DNA from: Gammaproteobacteria bacterium
GTDB lineage: Bacteria > Pseudomonadota > Gammaproteobacteria > Methylohalomonadales > Methylohalomonadaceae
DNA length: 64,000 nt
Assembly (NCBI GenBank): GCA_034521715.1
Contig: JAXHLY010000008.1
Coordinates: forward strand, 53,357 to 117,356
Direction of reading: 5' to 3'
The notes beneath the pieces are model-generated. The model was not told the DNA's origin. It searched no databases and worked only from the letters and a program-made list of their open reading frames with translations. Below, piece by piece: positions 17,447 through 28,495 of the stretch (position 1 is its first letter; the number at the start of each line of letters is the position of its first letter). Position numbers and translations under genes: made by a program.

Positions 17447-18728
17447 ATGGACAGCCGCCGCCGACAGATACTGAAAGCCATGGCAGCGGCCGGCATGGGC
17501 GTAGCCGCGGCACCGCTCAGTGGCGGATTGCAAATGTCTCGGTGGCGGCCGGGTCGTGATCGTCGGCGGCGGTTTCGGTGGCGCGACGTGTGCCAGATAC
17601 CTGCGCCGTCTGAATCCGCAGATCGAGGTATTGCTGGTGGAACCGAACCGGCAGTATGCAACCTGTCCGTTCAGTAACCTGGTACTGGGCGGGCTCGAAT
17701 CAATGGATACACTGGTTTACGGCTACGGGACCCTGGAGCGCGATCACGGTGTCCGCGTGATTCACGATTCTGCAACCGGCGTCGATACGGACATCCAGGT
17801 GATCAAACTGGCGAGCGGTTCCTGGCTGACTTACGATCGTGCGGTTTTTTCGCCGGGAGTTTCCTTCATGTGGAATGCCCCGGAAGGCTATACGCCGGAA
17901 ACGGCTGAACGCATGCCGCATGCCTGGAAGGCCGGGCGCCAGACGGAAATCCTGCGCGATCAATTGCACGCCATGGCGGATGGCGGCGTGGTCGGGATTT
18001 CAGTCCCGCCGCAACCTTTTCGCTGCCCGCCCGGCCCTTATGAACGCGCGTGCATGATTGCCCATTACCTGAAACAGCATAAGCCGCGTTCCAAGATCCT
18101 CGTTCTCGATGGCAATGAAACGTTTTCCAAACAGGACGTGTTTGAAGAAGCGTGGGCGAAACTCTATCCCGGCATGATCGAACGTCTAGGCGTATCCGGC
18201 TACGGAGGCGTGACGCGGGTGGATGCCGGCAGTAATACCCTGTTTACCGAGACGGACAGTCACCACGTCGATGTCGCCAACGTGATTCCGTCGCAGCAGG
18301 CCGGGCAGATCGCCGTGGATGTCGGCCTGGCCGACAGGAACGGCTGGTGCCCGATCGATCCGGCGACATTCGAATCGGCGTTAATCCCGAAGCTGCACGT
18401 GATTGGCGATGCCACTATCGCGCATCCAATCCCGAAATCGGCCTCGGCCGCCAACAGCGAGGCCAAGCTGTGCGCACTGGCGATTGTCGCGCTGCTGGCC
18501 GGTGAAGAACCGCCGCCGGCGTCGTTTCACAACACCTGTTACAGCATCGTTGCACCCGACTACGGCTTTTCAGTGAACGGGATTTACGATGTCAGGGACG
18601 GCCGGATTCATGCCATTGAGCGGGCCGGTGGTGTCAGCCCGTTGAATGCACCCCTGTCAGTCCGCAAGAAGGAAGCCGAATACGCTCATGGCTGGTATGC
18701 CAGCATTACCCGCGAGGCCTTCGGCTGA
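17447..18728 (+). CDS. fccB: Flavocytochrome c sulfide dehydrogenase flavoprotein (FccB/SoxF family), one frameshift
   Basis: Tat signal SRRRQILK, VVIVGGGFGG, TCPFSN, PHAWKAG, CPPGPYER, PKSA, NTCYS. Confidence 0.88.
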
Positions 18729-18744
18729 TCCCGGCCGTATCTCG

Positions 18745-19426
18745 GTCGCTGACGCTGGCGAACAGTTCCGGCAGACCCTGCAGGTCGGGTAATGTACAGG
18801 CGGCCCGGCCGGCAGCTGTTCCGCGATGGTATTGTTGCGGTTGATCCAGATGCAGCTGAAGCCGAAGTGCGCCGCACCGGCGATGTCCCAGGCATTGGCC
18901 GAATGAAAGGCGATGCCCGGCACCGGCGGGCCGTAACGATCCACTGCCAGTTCGTAAACCCGGGGTGAGGGTTTGTAGATCCTGGCACTGTCAACAGTAA
19001 GTATCTCATCAATAAGCTTATCCAGTCCCGCATGCCTGACACAGGATTCGACCATTGAGCGGGTGCCGTTGCTCAGAATGGCTGTACCAAAACCACTCGA
19101 CTGCAGTGACTCCAGTACTGCCGGGACTTCCGGGAAACAATCCAGCTTTTGATAGGCATCAAGCAGTTCGTCGCGCAGGGACGGATCCTCAATGCCGGCT
19201 TGCCCGAGTGCATATTGCAGGGAGTCGGCCACGACCCGTTCGAAATCCGCGTATTCCCCCATCAGGCTGCGCAACCAGGTATATTCGAGCTGCTTCTGAC
19301 GCCATACGGCCGATATGTTATCGGCCTGGTTGCCGACGCGTTTTTCAGTTTATGGACTGCGGAATGGACATCGAACAGTGTGCCGTAGGCATCAAAAATA
19401 CAGGCATGCGGGGCATGTTCAAGCAT
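18745..19426 (-). CDS. Haloacid dehalogenase type II (frameshifted; 3' end approximate)
   Basis: IFDAYGTLFDVHS, ILSNGT, IYKPSPRVY, SANAWDIAGAAHFG. Confidence 0.85.
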
Positions 19427-19433
19427 GAATAAT

Positions 19434-20144
19434 TCAGCTGCCGTTGGCCGTCAGCCAGTCATCCAGTTTTATCGCGGTAATGCGGGCCAGGTAGACAAGC
19501 AGCTCGAGTTCGGGACCGCGGCGGTAGCGGTCGCGCTGATGGCTGCCGACGACAAGCAGGCCGTCCCAGTTCTGGCCGATAAGCGGCATCAGGATCGTTG
19601 AATGTATTTGATTGCGCGTGTCGCCAAACATGAGTGACAGGTGTTCCGACTGCAGACTGTCGAGCAGCGGCTGCTTGCGGTTGAAAAGCTCAGCCAGCAG
19701 CAACCTGAGCCTGTCATGACGGTCGCGAATGTCGACGATGGTCGCGGAGGTAAAGGGGTTGTCGTCCAGAAACAGAAACAGTGTTGCCTGATCGGCTTCA
19801 TAATCGTTGTGGACGAAGTCGTACAAAATGTCGCAGGCCGTCTCGGCCTCGGGTGATTGCAGAATTCTGAGTGACAGCTGATGCGCCAGATCAATGAGGG
19901 CGCGGATATCTTCCTGCGTCTTGTGCAGGTTCTTCACCTGCTGGCGGTAGCGCCTGTTTTCCGTGCGCAGGGCACTGACCTGTTTTTCTATCAGTGAACT
20001 GACGCCGGGCGGCATGTCGTGGGACAGGCTCAGTGTGGATAGCAGATCCGGTCTCTCGTCCAGGAATTCCGGATGCTCGCGCAGGTACTCGGCTACCCGT
20101 TCGGCGTTTAGCTGGCCGGCTGCCGATCTTTCTGTATTGGCCAT
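19434..20144 (-). CDS. DUF484 (YigA-like) family protein
   Basis: VAEYLREHPEFL...SSLIEKQVSALR, GAF-like C-terminus. Confidence 0.8.
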   Translation of the reverse strand: MANTERSAAGQLNAERVAEYLREHPEFLDERPDLLSTLSLSHDMPPGVSSLIEKQVSALRTENRRYRQQVKNLHKTQEDIRALIDLAHQLSLRILQSPEAETACDILYDFVHNDYEADQATLFLFLDDNPFTSATIVDIRDRHDRLRLLLAELFNRKQPLLDSLQSEHLSLMFGDTRNQIHSTILMPLIGQNWDGLLVVGSHQRDRYRRGPELELLVYLARITAIKLDDWLTANGS

Positions 20145-20348
20145 AGCACCTCTCCGTCCGTCTCTCCTGCCATCACCAGTATCACGAGCACGTCGACAGT
20201 ATAAGTGCCGATAGTATCCGAATCAGTCGAGAATTTCCCGCCTGCGGCGGCATGGTCTGATCCGGCCGCTGATCGACAGCAGATTCTTTTCGATCAGCCT
20301 GCTAGAATCCCCGCTTTTTTCAACCCAGACCCGCAGGAGAGCTGTTTC

Positions 20349-20900
20349 ATGTCAGATTCCCCAGTATTCCGTACCGGCGAAGCCACGGTTTTTGCCGCCG
20401 AGGGCCAGTATACGGACGCCATGCCGGAAATCGCCATCGGCCGTGTTGATGGGCCGGTCGGCAACGCCTTCGCAAACCTGATGGGCCAGACCGAGGGCCA
20501 TACCCGCATGTTCGCCATCCGCGCGACCAACCAGCAGGTCAGGCCGGCCACCTTGATGGTGCCGAAAGTCACCATAAAATCAACCGAGTACGTCAATCTT
20601 CTGGGCGGTCCGGTACAGTCGGCAGTGGCGGACGCGGTGCTCGACTGCGTCATCGACGGCACCCTGCCGCGTGATCAGGTCAATGACCTGTGCATTATTG
20701 CCATGCTCTGGATCGACCCCGAGTGCGTGGGGCACAGTGATCTGGATCGCAAGGATCTTTATCGTACCAATTACGAGGCGATGAAACTGGCCGTCAAGCG
20801 GGCCATGGATAACAGCCCGTCGATCGATGAGCTGATCGCCAACCGGGATAAAATTCATCATGAAATGTATAACCCGGAAACCGGTGAATCGATCTGGTAA
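20349..20900 (+). CDS. fae: Formaldehyde-activating enzyme family protein
   Basis: GEATV, GPVGNAFAN, GHTR, VPKVTIK, GPVQSAVADAVLDCV, YRTNYEAMKLAVKRAM. Confidence 0.85.
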   Translation: MSDSPVFRTGEATVFAAEGQYTDAMPEIAIGRVDGPVGNAFANLMGQTEGHTRMFAIRATNQQVRPATLMVPKVTIKSTEYVNLLGGPVQSAVADAVLDCVIDGTLPRDQVNDLCIIAMLWIDPECVGHSDLDRKDLYRTNYEAMKLAVKRAMDNSPSIDELIANRDKIHHEMYNPETGESIW

Positions 20901-20945
20901 ACTGGTTGACTGGTTAATTGGTTAATTGGTTAATTGGTTGATTGG
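20901..20945 (+). repeat. TGGTT(A/G)A(T/C) octamer tandem array
   Basis: actggttgactggttaattggttaattggttaattggttgattgg directly after the fae stop codon. Confidence 0.9.
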
Positions 20946-20948
20946 AAG

Positions 20949-20972
20949 AGGCCGGCTCTGCCGGCCTTTTTT
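20949..20972 (+). terminator. Rho-independent terminator
   Basis: AGGCCGGC-TCT-GCCGGCCT followed by a T run. Confidence 0.8.
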
Positions 20973-21576
20973 ATGCCTGTTCTAGTTGTCCGAGTTGTCG
21001 GTCATGCCAGCGGCTGCATAACAATAATGCCAGGATTGCACCGCCCAGTGCCCAGGCCATGTCCGACTGGGTATCCCAGATATAGCCCTGGGTGCCGAGG
21101 AAGCTTTCGGCCGCCTGTTCGCTGAGCAGGGCCACCCACCATTCAATCAGTTCATAAAAGGCACTGATCGCCAGACAGATGGAGACAATGATTATCCCCA
21201 GCCAGACGCGGCCGTTGATCACACTGAACCGTATCAGGATCTCGCGTGCCACGATCGCGGGCACGAATCCCTGGGCGAAATGCCCGAGCTTGTCATAGTT
21301 GTTGCGCTCCCATCCCATTAGCGGTTGCAGCCACTCGAACAGCGGCACGCGTGCATAGGTGTAATGACCGCCGACCATGAGAATAACGGCATGGATCAGG
21401 ATCAACCAGTAGAGCAGGGGTGTCAGTGGAAAGCGCTTGCGGGTCAACACCAGTATCATCAGTGCGATAATCGCCGGCAGGACTTCCAGAAACCAGGTGG
21501 GATAATCGTGCGGCCGGATCGCCGACCAGATGAAAACCCCCAGATAAATGCCTAACCAGACTGCAACGGCATACAT
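20971..21576 (-). CDS. DUF2238 (YjdF-like) membrane protein
   Basis: GGHYTYARVP, RNNYDKLGHFAQGF, YELIEW, FLGTQGYIWDTQSDM. Confidence 0.88.
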   Translation of the reverse strand: MYAVAVWLGIYLGVFIWSAIRPHDYPTWFLEVLPAIIALMILVLTRKRFPLTPLLYWLILIHAVILMVGGHYTYARVPLFEWLQPLMGWERNNYDKLGHFAQGFVPAIVAREILIRFSVINGRVWLGIIIVSICLAISAFYELIEWWVALLSEQAAESFLGTQGYIWDTQSDMAWALGGAILALLLCSRWHDRQLGQLEQA

Positions 21577-21996
21577 TCACTGGCTCTCCAGCTTGAAGAC
21601 ACCGGCCAGTGCCGCGCGAATCGCCTTCAGGCGTATCTCGGAATAGACGTCTGAGGTTTCCGGCTGTCCCCAGACCACACCCGGCCAGTACGGATCATCA
21701 CGTCGCCTGCCAATCACGTGTATATGCAGTTGCGGTACCTGGTTGCCGATCGCGGCGATATTGATTTTATCGGCCTCGAACTGGTGTTTTACAAAGCCGG
21801 CGAGGGTGTGCATGGCCATCATGACCCGCTGATAAAGCTGTGGATCCAGTTCGTGCAGTTCCGTCAGCCTGGTGGCCGGTACCAGGATAAACCAGGGTAG
21901 CGTGGCGTTCTGATGCAGCAGCAGTGACCCGCAGTCAATATCGCCGAGCACATGACAGTCCGCCGCCAGGCGTGGATGGAGTGGTTGTCTGTTCAT
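21577..21996 (-). CDS. HIT family protein
   Basis: KINIAAIGNQVPQLHIHVIGR..DDPYWPGVVWG. Confidence 0.88.
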   Translation of the reverse strand: MNRQPLHPRLAADCHVLGDIDCGSLLLHQNATLPWFILVPATRLTELHELDPQLYQRVMMAMHTLAGFVKHQFEADKINIAAIGNQVPQLHIHVIGRRRDDPYWPGVVWGQPETSDVYSEIRLKAIRAALAGVFKLESQ

Positions 21997-22159
21997 GCAA
22001 TAGCCGGTTCGCTGTTATACAGTATGTTGTATGTATGCCCGATGAAAATCCTTTTCCGGGTATCCCGGGGGTCGGCAACCGGACATACGATGCCTGATCA
22101 CGTACGGTACATCCTGTATATCATATAGGAAATACGATGAAACTGCCGGTGTATGACGC

Positions 22160-22804
22160 ATGACGGAATATCTCGTCCACGTCGGTTACTCCCTCATGTT
22201 CTGGGCGCTGCTGGTGCGCGATATCGTCTGGCTGCGGGGCCTGCTCATTGCCGCCCAGGCCAGTCTGGCGCTGTATGCCATGATGCTCGGGCTGTTCGGT
22301 ATCTCGCTGTGGAACTGGCTTTTTGTCCTGGTGAATGCGGCGTGGATCATGCGCATCCGGCGCGAGCGCGAGCAGGCGGTAATCCCGCCGCTGCTGCAGC
22401 CCTTGTACGAGCAGCATTTCGCCATTTTGCCCCCGCATGAATTCCTGCGTTTCTGGTGCCGCGGCAAGCAACGCAGTGGCCATGATATCCAGTGGGTGCG
22501 CCGCGGCGAGCAGCCGAAGGCACTGCATTTTCTGCTGAATGGCAGCGCGGTCGTCAGCCGTGACAATGCACCGATCGCTGTATTACAGCCCGGCTCGTTT
22601 ATCGGTGAAATGAGCCTGCTGAGCGGTGAGCCGACAACGGCAGATGTCAGGGCCGATGGTGAAGTGGAATACATCAGTTGGTCGGCACGGCAGCTGGAGC
22701 GGATCAAGCGCCGCGATCCAAAATTCTGGACGCGGATTCAGAGTGTCATCGGTCTCGACCTGGTACGCAAAATCAGCCACGGGACGGTAACAAACACCGA
22801 ATAA
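22160..22804 (+). CDS. Membrane-anchored cyclic-nucleotide-binding protein (Popeye-domain-like)
   Basis: Three N-terminal TM segments (RDIVWLR, WNWLFVLVN), LYEQHF, cNMP barrel GSFIGEMSLL...TADV. Confidence 0.75.
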   Translation: MTEYLVHVGYSLMFWALLVRDIVWLRGLLIAAQASLALYAMMLGLFGISLWNWLFVLVNAAWIMRIRREREQAVIPPLLQPLYEQHFAILPPHEFLRFWCRGKQRSGHDIQWVRRGEQPKALHFLLNGSAVVSRDNAPIAVLQPGSFIGEMSLLSGEPTTADVRADGEVEYISWSARQLERIKRRDPKFWTRIQSVIGLDLVRKISHGTVTNTE

Positions 22805-22833
22805 CTTAATGCTTTCAACTGAAGGAAACTTGC

Positions 22834-23553
22834 ATGAACGACAATGTTGCAGCGATCCCCCTGGTTAATCTTGCGCTGGGTTTCATCCCGGTGGTTATTG
22901 TCTGGCTGATCGTGCGCAGCTGGAGCCTGCCGGACAGACAGGTGATACTGGCCAATGCCCGCATGCTGCTGCAGTTGCTGCTGGTCGGCTATGTACTGAA
23001 TTTCATATTCGACGCCGATCGCGGTCTGATAGTCGTGGCGGTGCTGGCAATCATGCTGCTGGCTGCCAGCTGGATAGCCCTGCGGCCGCTGGCCCGCCAG
23101 GATATGCGCATTTACGGATTCATACTTGTGTCGATCATCGCTGGTGGCGTAACAACGCTGGTGCTGGTAACACAGGGCGTGCTGAGCCTGACCCACTGGT
23201 ATGAACCGCATTACATGATTCCGCTGGCGGGCATGATCTTTTCGAATTGCATGAACGCGATCAGCCTGGGTGCGGAACGCTTTGAATCTGAACGCCGCAA
23301 CAATGTGGATACCGATCAGGCCTGCCGCGTGGCACTGAACGCCGCGCTGATCCCCCAGATCAATTCGCTGCTGGCAGTCGGGATCGTGGCGCTGCCCGGC
23401 ATGATGACCGGTCAGATTCTTTCGGGTGTATCACCGTTGATAGCAGCGCAGTACCAGATCGTCGTGATGTGCATGATATTCGGTTCGGCGGGGATATCCA
23501 CTGCCTGTTACCTGACATTGATGCGGCGCCAGCAGTCGGTGAATGCCGGCTGA
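22834..23553 (+). CDS. UPF0014/FetB-like ABC transporter permease
   Basis: RMLLQLLLVGYVL, IPLAGMIFSNCMN, VGIVALPGMMTGQILSGVSPLIAAQYQ. Confidence 0.85.
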   Translation: MNDNVAAIPLVNLALGFIPVVIVWLIVRSWSLPDRQVILANARMLLQLLLVGYVLNFIFDADRGLIVVAVLAIMLLAASWIALRPLARQDMRIYGFILVSIIAGGVTTLVLVTQGVLSLTHWYEPHYMIPLAGMIFSNCMNAISLGAERFESERRNNVDTDQACRVALNAALIPQINSLLAVGIVALPGMMTGQILSGVSPLIAAQYQIVVMCMIFGSAGISTACYLTLMRRQQSVNAG

Positions 23554-23567
23554 AGGAAGCTATTGCA

Positions 23568-24952
<1,385 letters not shown>

Positions 24953-25045
24953 TTAACTATCAGCATATTCACGGGTCCTAGTGAGTGATTGGCCCGAGCG
25001 GGTCCATATCCAAAACATGATTATAACGTTTTCACCACGGCTGAC

Positions 25046-25868
25046 ATGAATCCGGAAATCATTATTCGACTCGGCGTATTCGCCGGCCTGTTGCTGCTGC
25101 TGCTCGGCTGGGAGCAGCTGGCGCCGCGGCGGTCGGCCGACGGCCCCCGCGGTTATGCCCGGTTGCATAATCTGCTGCTGGTCGGCGTCGATACCCTCTG
25201 TGTGCGCCTGCTGGTGCCGCTGGCTGCCGCCGGCACGGCGGAAGTCATGGCCGCGCGTGGCTGGGGACTGTTTAACCAGATGCAGCGTACCGTTGTGGCT
25301 GGCCGTCGTCGTCAGCTTTCTGGCGCTGGATCTGCTGATTTACGGGCAGCATATTGCTTTTCATAAAATTCCCTGGCTGTGGCGGCTGCACCGTGTTCAC
25401 CATACCGACACCGCCATCGATGCCACCACCGGCGTGCGTTTTCATCCGATCGAGATCGTGCTGTCCATGCTGCTGAAAATGCTGGGTGTCGCCCTGCTCG
25501 GCGCGCCGGTCCTGGCGGTGATTCTTTTTGAAGTGGTGCTGAACGCGACATCACTGTTCAATCATGCCAATATCAATCTTCCGTTGGATATCGACCGCTG
25601 GCTGCGGCGCGTGGTGGTGACGCCGGACATGCATCGCGTGCATCATTCGGTGGTGCGCCGGGAGACGGACAGTAACTTCGGCTTCAACCTGCCCTGGTGG
25701 GACCGGCTCTTCGGTACCTACCGGGCACAGCCGCAGGCCGGTCATCTGCAAATGCGCATCGGCCTGGATATATTCCGCGACCGGCGTTCGCGCTGGCTGC
25801 ACTGGCTGTTACTGCAGCCGTTCATGAAAACGGATCAGGATCAAGATGAACAGAATTCAATGGAATAA
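25046..25868 (+). CDS. Sterol desaturase / fatty acid hydroxylase family protein (one frameshift)
   Basis: His boxes HIAFH, HRVHH, FNHAN, HRVHHS; WDRLFGTY. Confidence 0.85.
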
Positions 25869-25889
25869 TTTGCAATCCACGTGGAATAT

Positions 25890-25958
25890 TGTCATTTCGA
25901 AACCACGAAGTGGTTGAGAAATCCTGCTCAAGATCCCTCACGTTCGTTCGGGATGACA
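25890..25958 (+). repeat. Palindromic TGTCAT...ATGACA intergenic repeat, copy 1
   Basis: TGTCATTTCGAAACCACGAAGTGGTTGAGAAATC...CTCACGTTCGTTCGGGATGACA. Confidence 0.9.
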
Positions 25959-26002
25959 GGCAGGATCATCTGCAGGGAAATACCGTTCCCGGAGGAACCT
26001 CA

Positions 26003-26881
26003 ATGACAGCACAGATTATTGACGGCAAGGCGATTGCCGAGGAAGTCAGGCATGAGTGGAAAGCCCGCGCGGATGCACTCAAGGCGCAGGGAGTTCTGCC
26101 AGGACTGGCGGTGATTATCGTCGGTGATAATCCGGCATCGAAGGTGTATGTGCGTAACAAGGTGCAGGCCTGTCACGATGTCGGCCTGCATTCCGAGGTA
26201 CATGAGCTACCGGCAGATATCACCGAGGCCATGTTGCTCAAACGCATTCAGGATCTGAATGCCAATCCGGATATCCACGGTATCCTGGTGCAGCTACCGT
26301 TACCTGCACATATTGATAATGGCAAGATAGTGGAGGCCATATCGGCGGAAAAGGATGTCGATGGTTTCCATCTGTATAATCTGGGTGCGCTGGTGGTCGG
26401 CAACACGGTATTCCCGCCGTGTACACCGTATGGCGTGCAATGTCTGATCGAACACACCTCAATCCCTATCGAGGGTCAGAACGCCGTCGTCGTCGGTCGC
26501 AGCAATATCGTCGGCAAGCCGATGGCGTTGATGCTGCTGCACAAGGGCGCAACGGTCAGTATCTGTACTTCCAAGACCCGTGACCTGGCCTTCTACACGC
26601 GCATGGCGGATATTCTGGTGGTGGCAGTGGGCAGGCCCGGCATTATCACCGGCGACATGGTCAAGGAAGGTGCCGCGGTGATTGATGTCGGCATCAATCG
26701 CCTGCCGGAAGGCGGCCTGGTGGGTGACGTCGATTTTGATGCCGTGAAAGAGAAAGCCGGTTACATCACCCCGGTACCGGGCGGCGTCGGCCCGATGACC
26801 ATTACCATGCTGGTGGCAAATACGGTGCTGGCAGCGGAACGCCTGAGCGGGCTGGGTTCGGGAAAACTTGAAAATGGTTAA
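26003..26881 (+). CDS. folD: Bifunctional methylene-THF dehydrogenase/cyclohydrolase
   Basis: [47 protein letters not shown]. Confidence 0.96.
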   Translation: MTAQIIDGKAIAEEVRHEWKARADALKAQGVLPGLAVIIVGDNPASKVYVRNKVQACHDVGLHSEVHELPADITEAMLLKRIQDLNANPDIHGILVQLPLPAHIDNGKIVEAISAEKDVDGFHLYNLGALVVGNTVFPPCTPYGVQCLIEHTSIPIEGQNAVVVGRSNIVGKPMALMLLHKGATVSICTSKTRDLAFYTRMADILVVAVGRPGIITGDMVKEGAAVIDVGINRLPEGGLVGDVDFDAVKEKAGYITPVPGGVGPMTITMLVANTVLAAERLSGLGSGKLENG

Positions 26882-26963
26882 CTTGTTAATTGGTTAACTG
26901 GTTAATTAGTGATTGGTGAATGGTTAACTAGTTGATTGGTTGATTGGTTGATTAGTGATTGGT
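26875..26963 (+). repeat. TGGTT/TAGTG 7-8-mer degenerate tandem array
   Basis: tggttaacttgttaattggttaactggttaattagtgattggtgaatggtt... overlapping the folD stop codon. Confidence 0.85.
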
Positions 26964-27002
26964 GCCTTGACAAGCTATGGTTCCGGGCACACTTATCCAG
27001 TC

Positions 27003-28409
27003 GACTCTGTAAATAACTGTCTGTGTAAGTGCCTACTGTTCAAGAGGATACTGAGTCACACGTTCACCGTATTCGATGGATAAAGACGATTGAAGGCGCC
27101 GCCTTCGCAGTTGGCTGATGGGGCGTGACCAGACGGCTGGAAGCGACCTGGATGGCCAGATAAATCACTTTCAGGGCCGACGTCATCATGACGGGTGGAT
27201 GCTGGCGCTTTTTGGTGAGCTGGCGATGACGCTGTTCATGAGCTACGATGGCATTGGTGGTATAAATTGCCTTGCGTATATCAGGCGGATAATCGAACAG
27301 CGTGCCGCAGGTTCGGCCAGTGATGCCGCCAAATTCGCCGATCTGGACATAGCGCGTCATCCCAGCGCTCGGCGAACTGTCGCAATGCCAGTTCCGACCT
27401 CGGCCTCGGTGCCTGGCCCGGATTACGGCGCTTCGATGGTCAGGTCCGTGACCGCCTTGTAGTCCTTCCAGCTGACGTATTTCAGCGAGTTGCGGACCAG
27501 ATGCACAATGCACAGCTGGATGCGGGTGTTCGGGTACACGGCCTCGATGGCGTCGGGGAAGCCACTGAGGCCATCTGACACAGGCAATCAGGATGTCCTG
27601 AACCCCGCGGTTCTGCAGCTCGGTCAGCACCGACAGCCAGAACTTCGCCCCTTCGGTCTCGGCCAGCCACAGGCCCAGCAACTCCTTGCGGCCTTCCAGG
27701 TTGATGCCCAGCGGCCACGTAGACGGACTTGTTGATGACCTGGCGGTTGTGGGCGCACCTCTCACCACGATGCAGTCCAGGTAAACGATGGGATTCAGAA
27801 CGATCGACTAAGGGCCGGCTCCTGGAACTCGACCACCTGGTCCGAGCACCGCGTCGGTGTACCTTCGAGCACCAGCGATCCAGCCGTGCATCGTGCATCG
27901 CCCGCGCCGTACATCTCCTGGAACGACGCCAAGATCGCGGTGGCCGATGCCTTTAGCGCATCTATCGGGCACAGGATCCGATTATCGAAGGCGGTAATCC
28001 GGCATCTGGCCCGTTGGCCGACCAGCTGCGGCTCAAAGCGGCCATGTGCAGGTCACGCGGGGTCTGGATCTGACTTCGCCGTGGCTGACCCTGTGCACGA
28101 CTCTTCGGTCGTGCTGCCTGATATACGCAGGGTGCTTACTGCCGCCGCGGCCTTCGAGGCGTCGAACAGCTTGTCATACCGCCAGGTGGTCGTCCAGCGC
28201 AGGTGTTTAGCCGCGGCTGATCGACCGTCAGCTTCGATTCAGCCGCGCCGATCCAAATCGCTTCCAGGTCCTGCTGCGTCTTGACCTCTTTCAGCCAGCT
28301 CCGCCGCCAGCGCCTTCAGTTTGTCTTCATCCATTGAATACGCTGCCATCGATGGGCTCCTGTACAGTAGGCATCAATGGGCAGTTACACAGATTTAATT
28401 TACAGGCTC
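27003..28409 (-). mobile_element. IS256-family insertion sequence; transposase fragmented in this sequence
   Basis: [54 protein letters not shown]; imperfect terminal IRs GACTCTGTAAATAA..TGTGTAAGTGCC / GGCAGTTACACAGA..TTTACAGGCTC; 8-bp duplication ATCCAGTC at 26995-27002 and 28410-28417. Confidence 0.9.
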
Positions 28410-28411
28410 AT

Positions 28412-28488
28412 CCAGTCACCAGTCACCAGTCACCAGTCACCAGTCACCAGTCACCAGTCACCAGTCACCAGTCACCAGTCACCAGTCA
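28412..28488 (+). repeat. (CCAGTCA)x11 perfect heptamer array
   Basis: Counted directly; lies just after the phaC stop on the minus strand, where it reads TGACTGG. Confidence 0.95.
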
Positions 28489-28495
28489 ACCCGGA

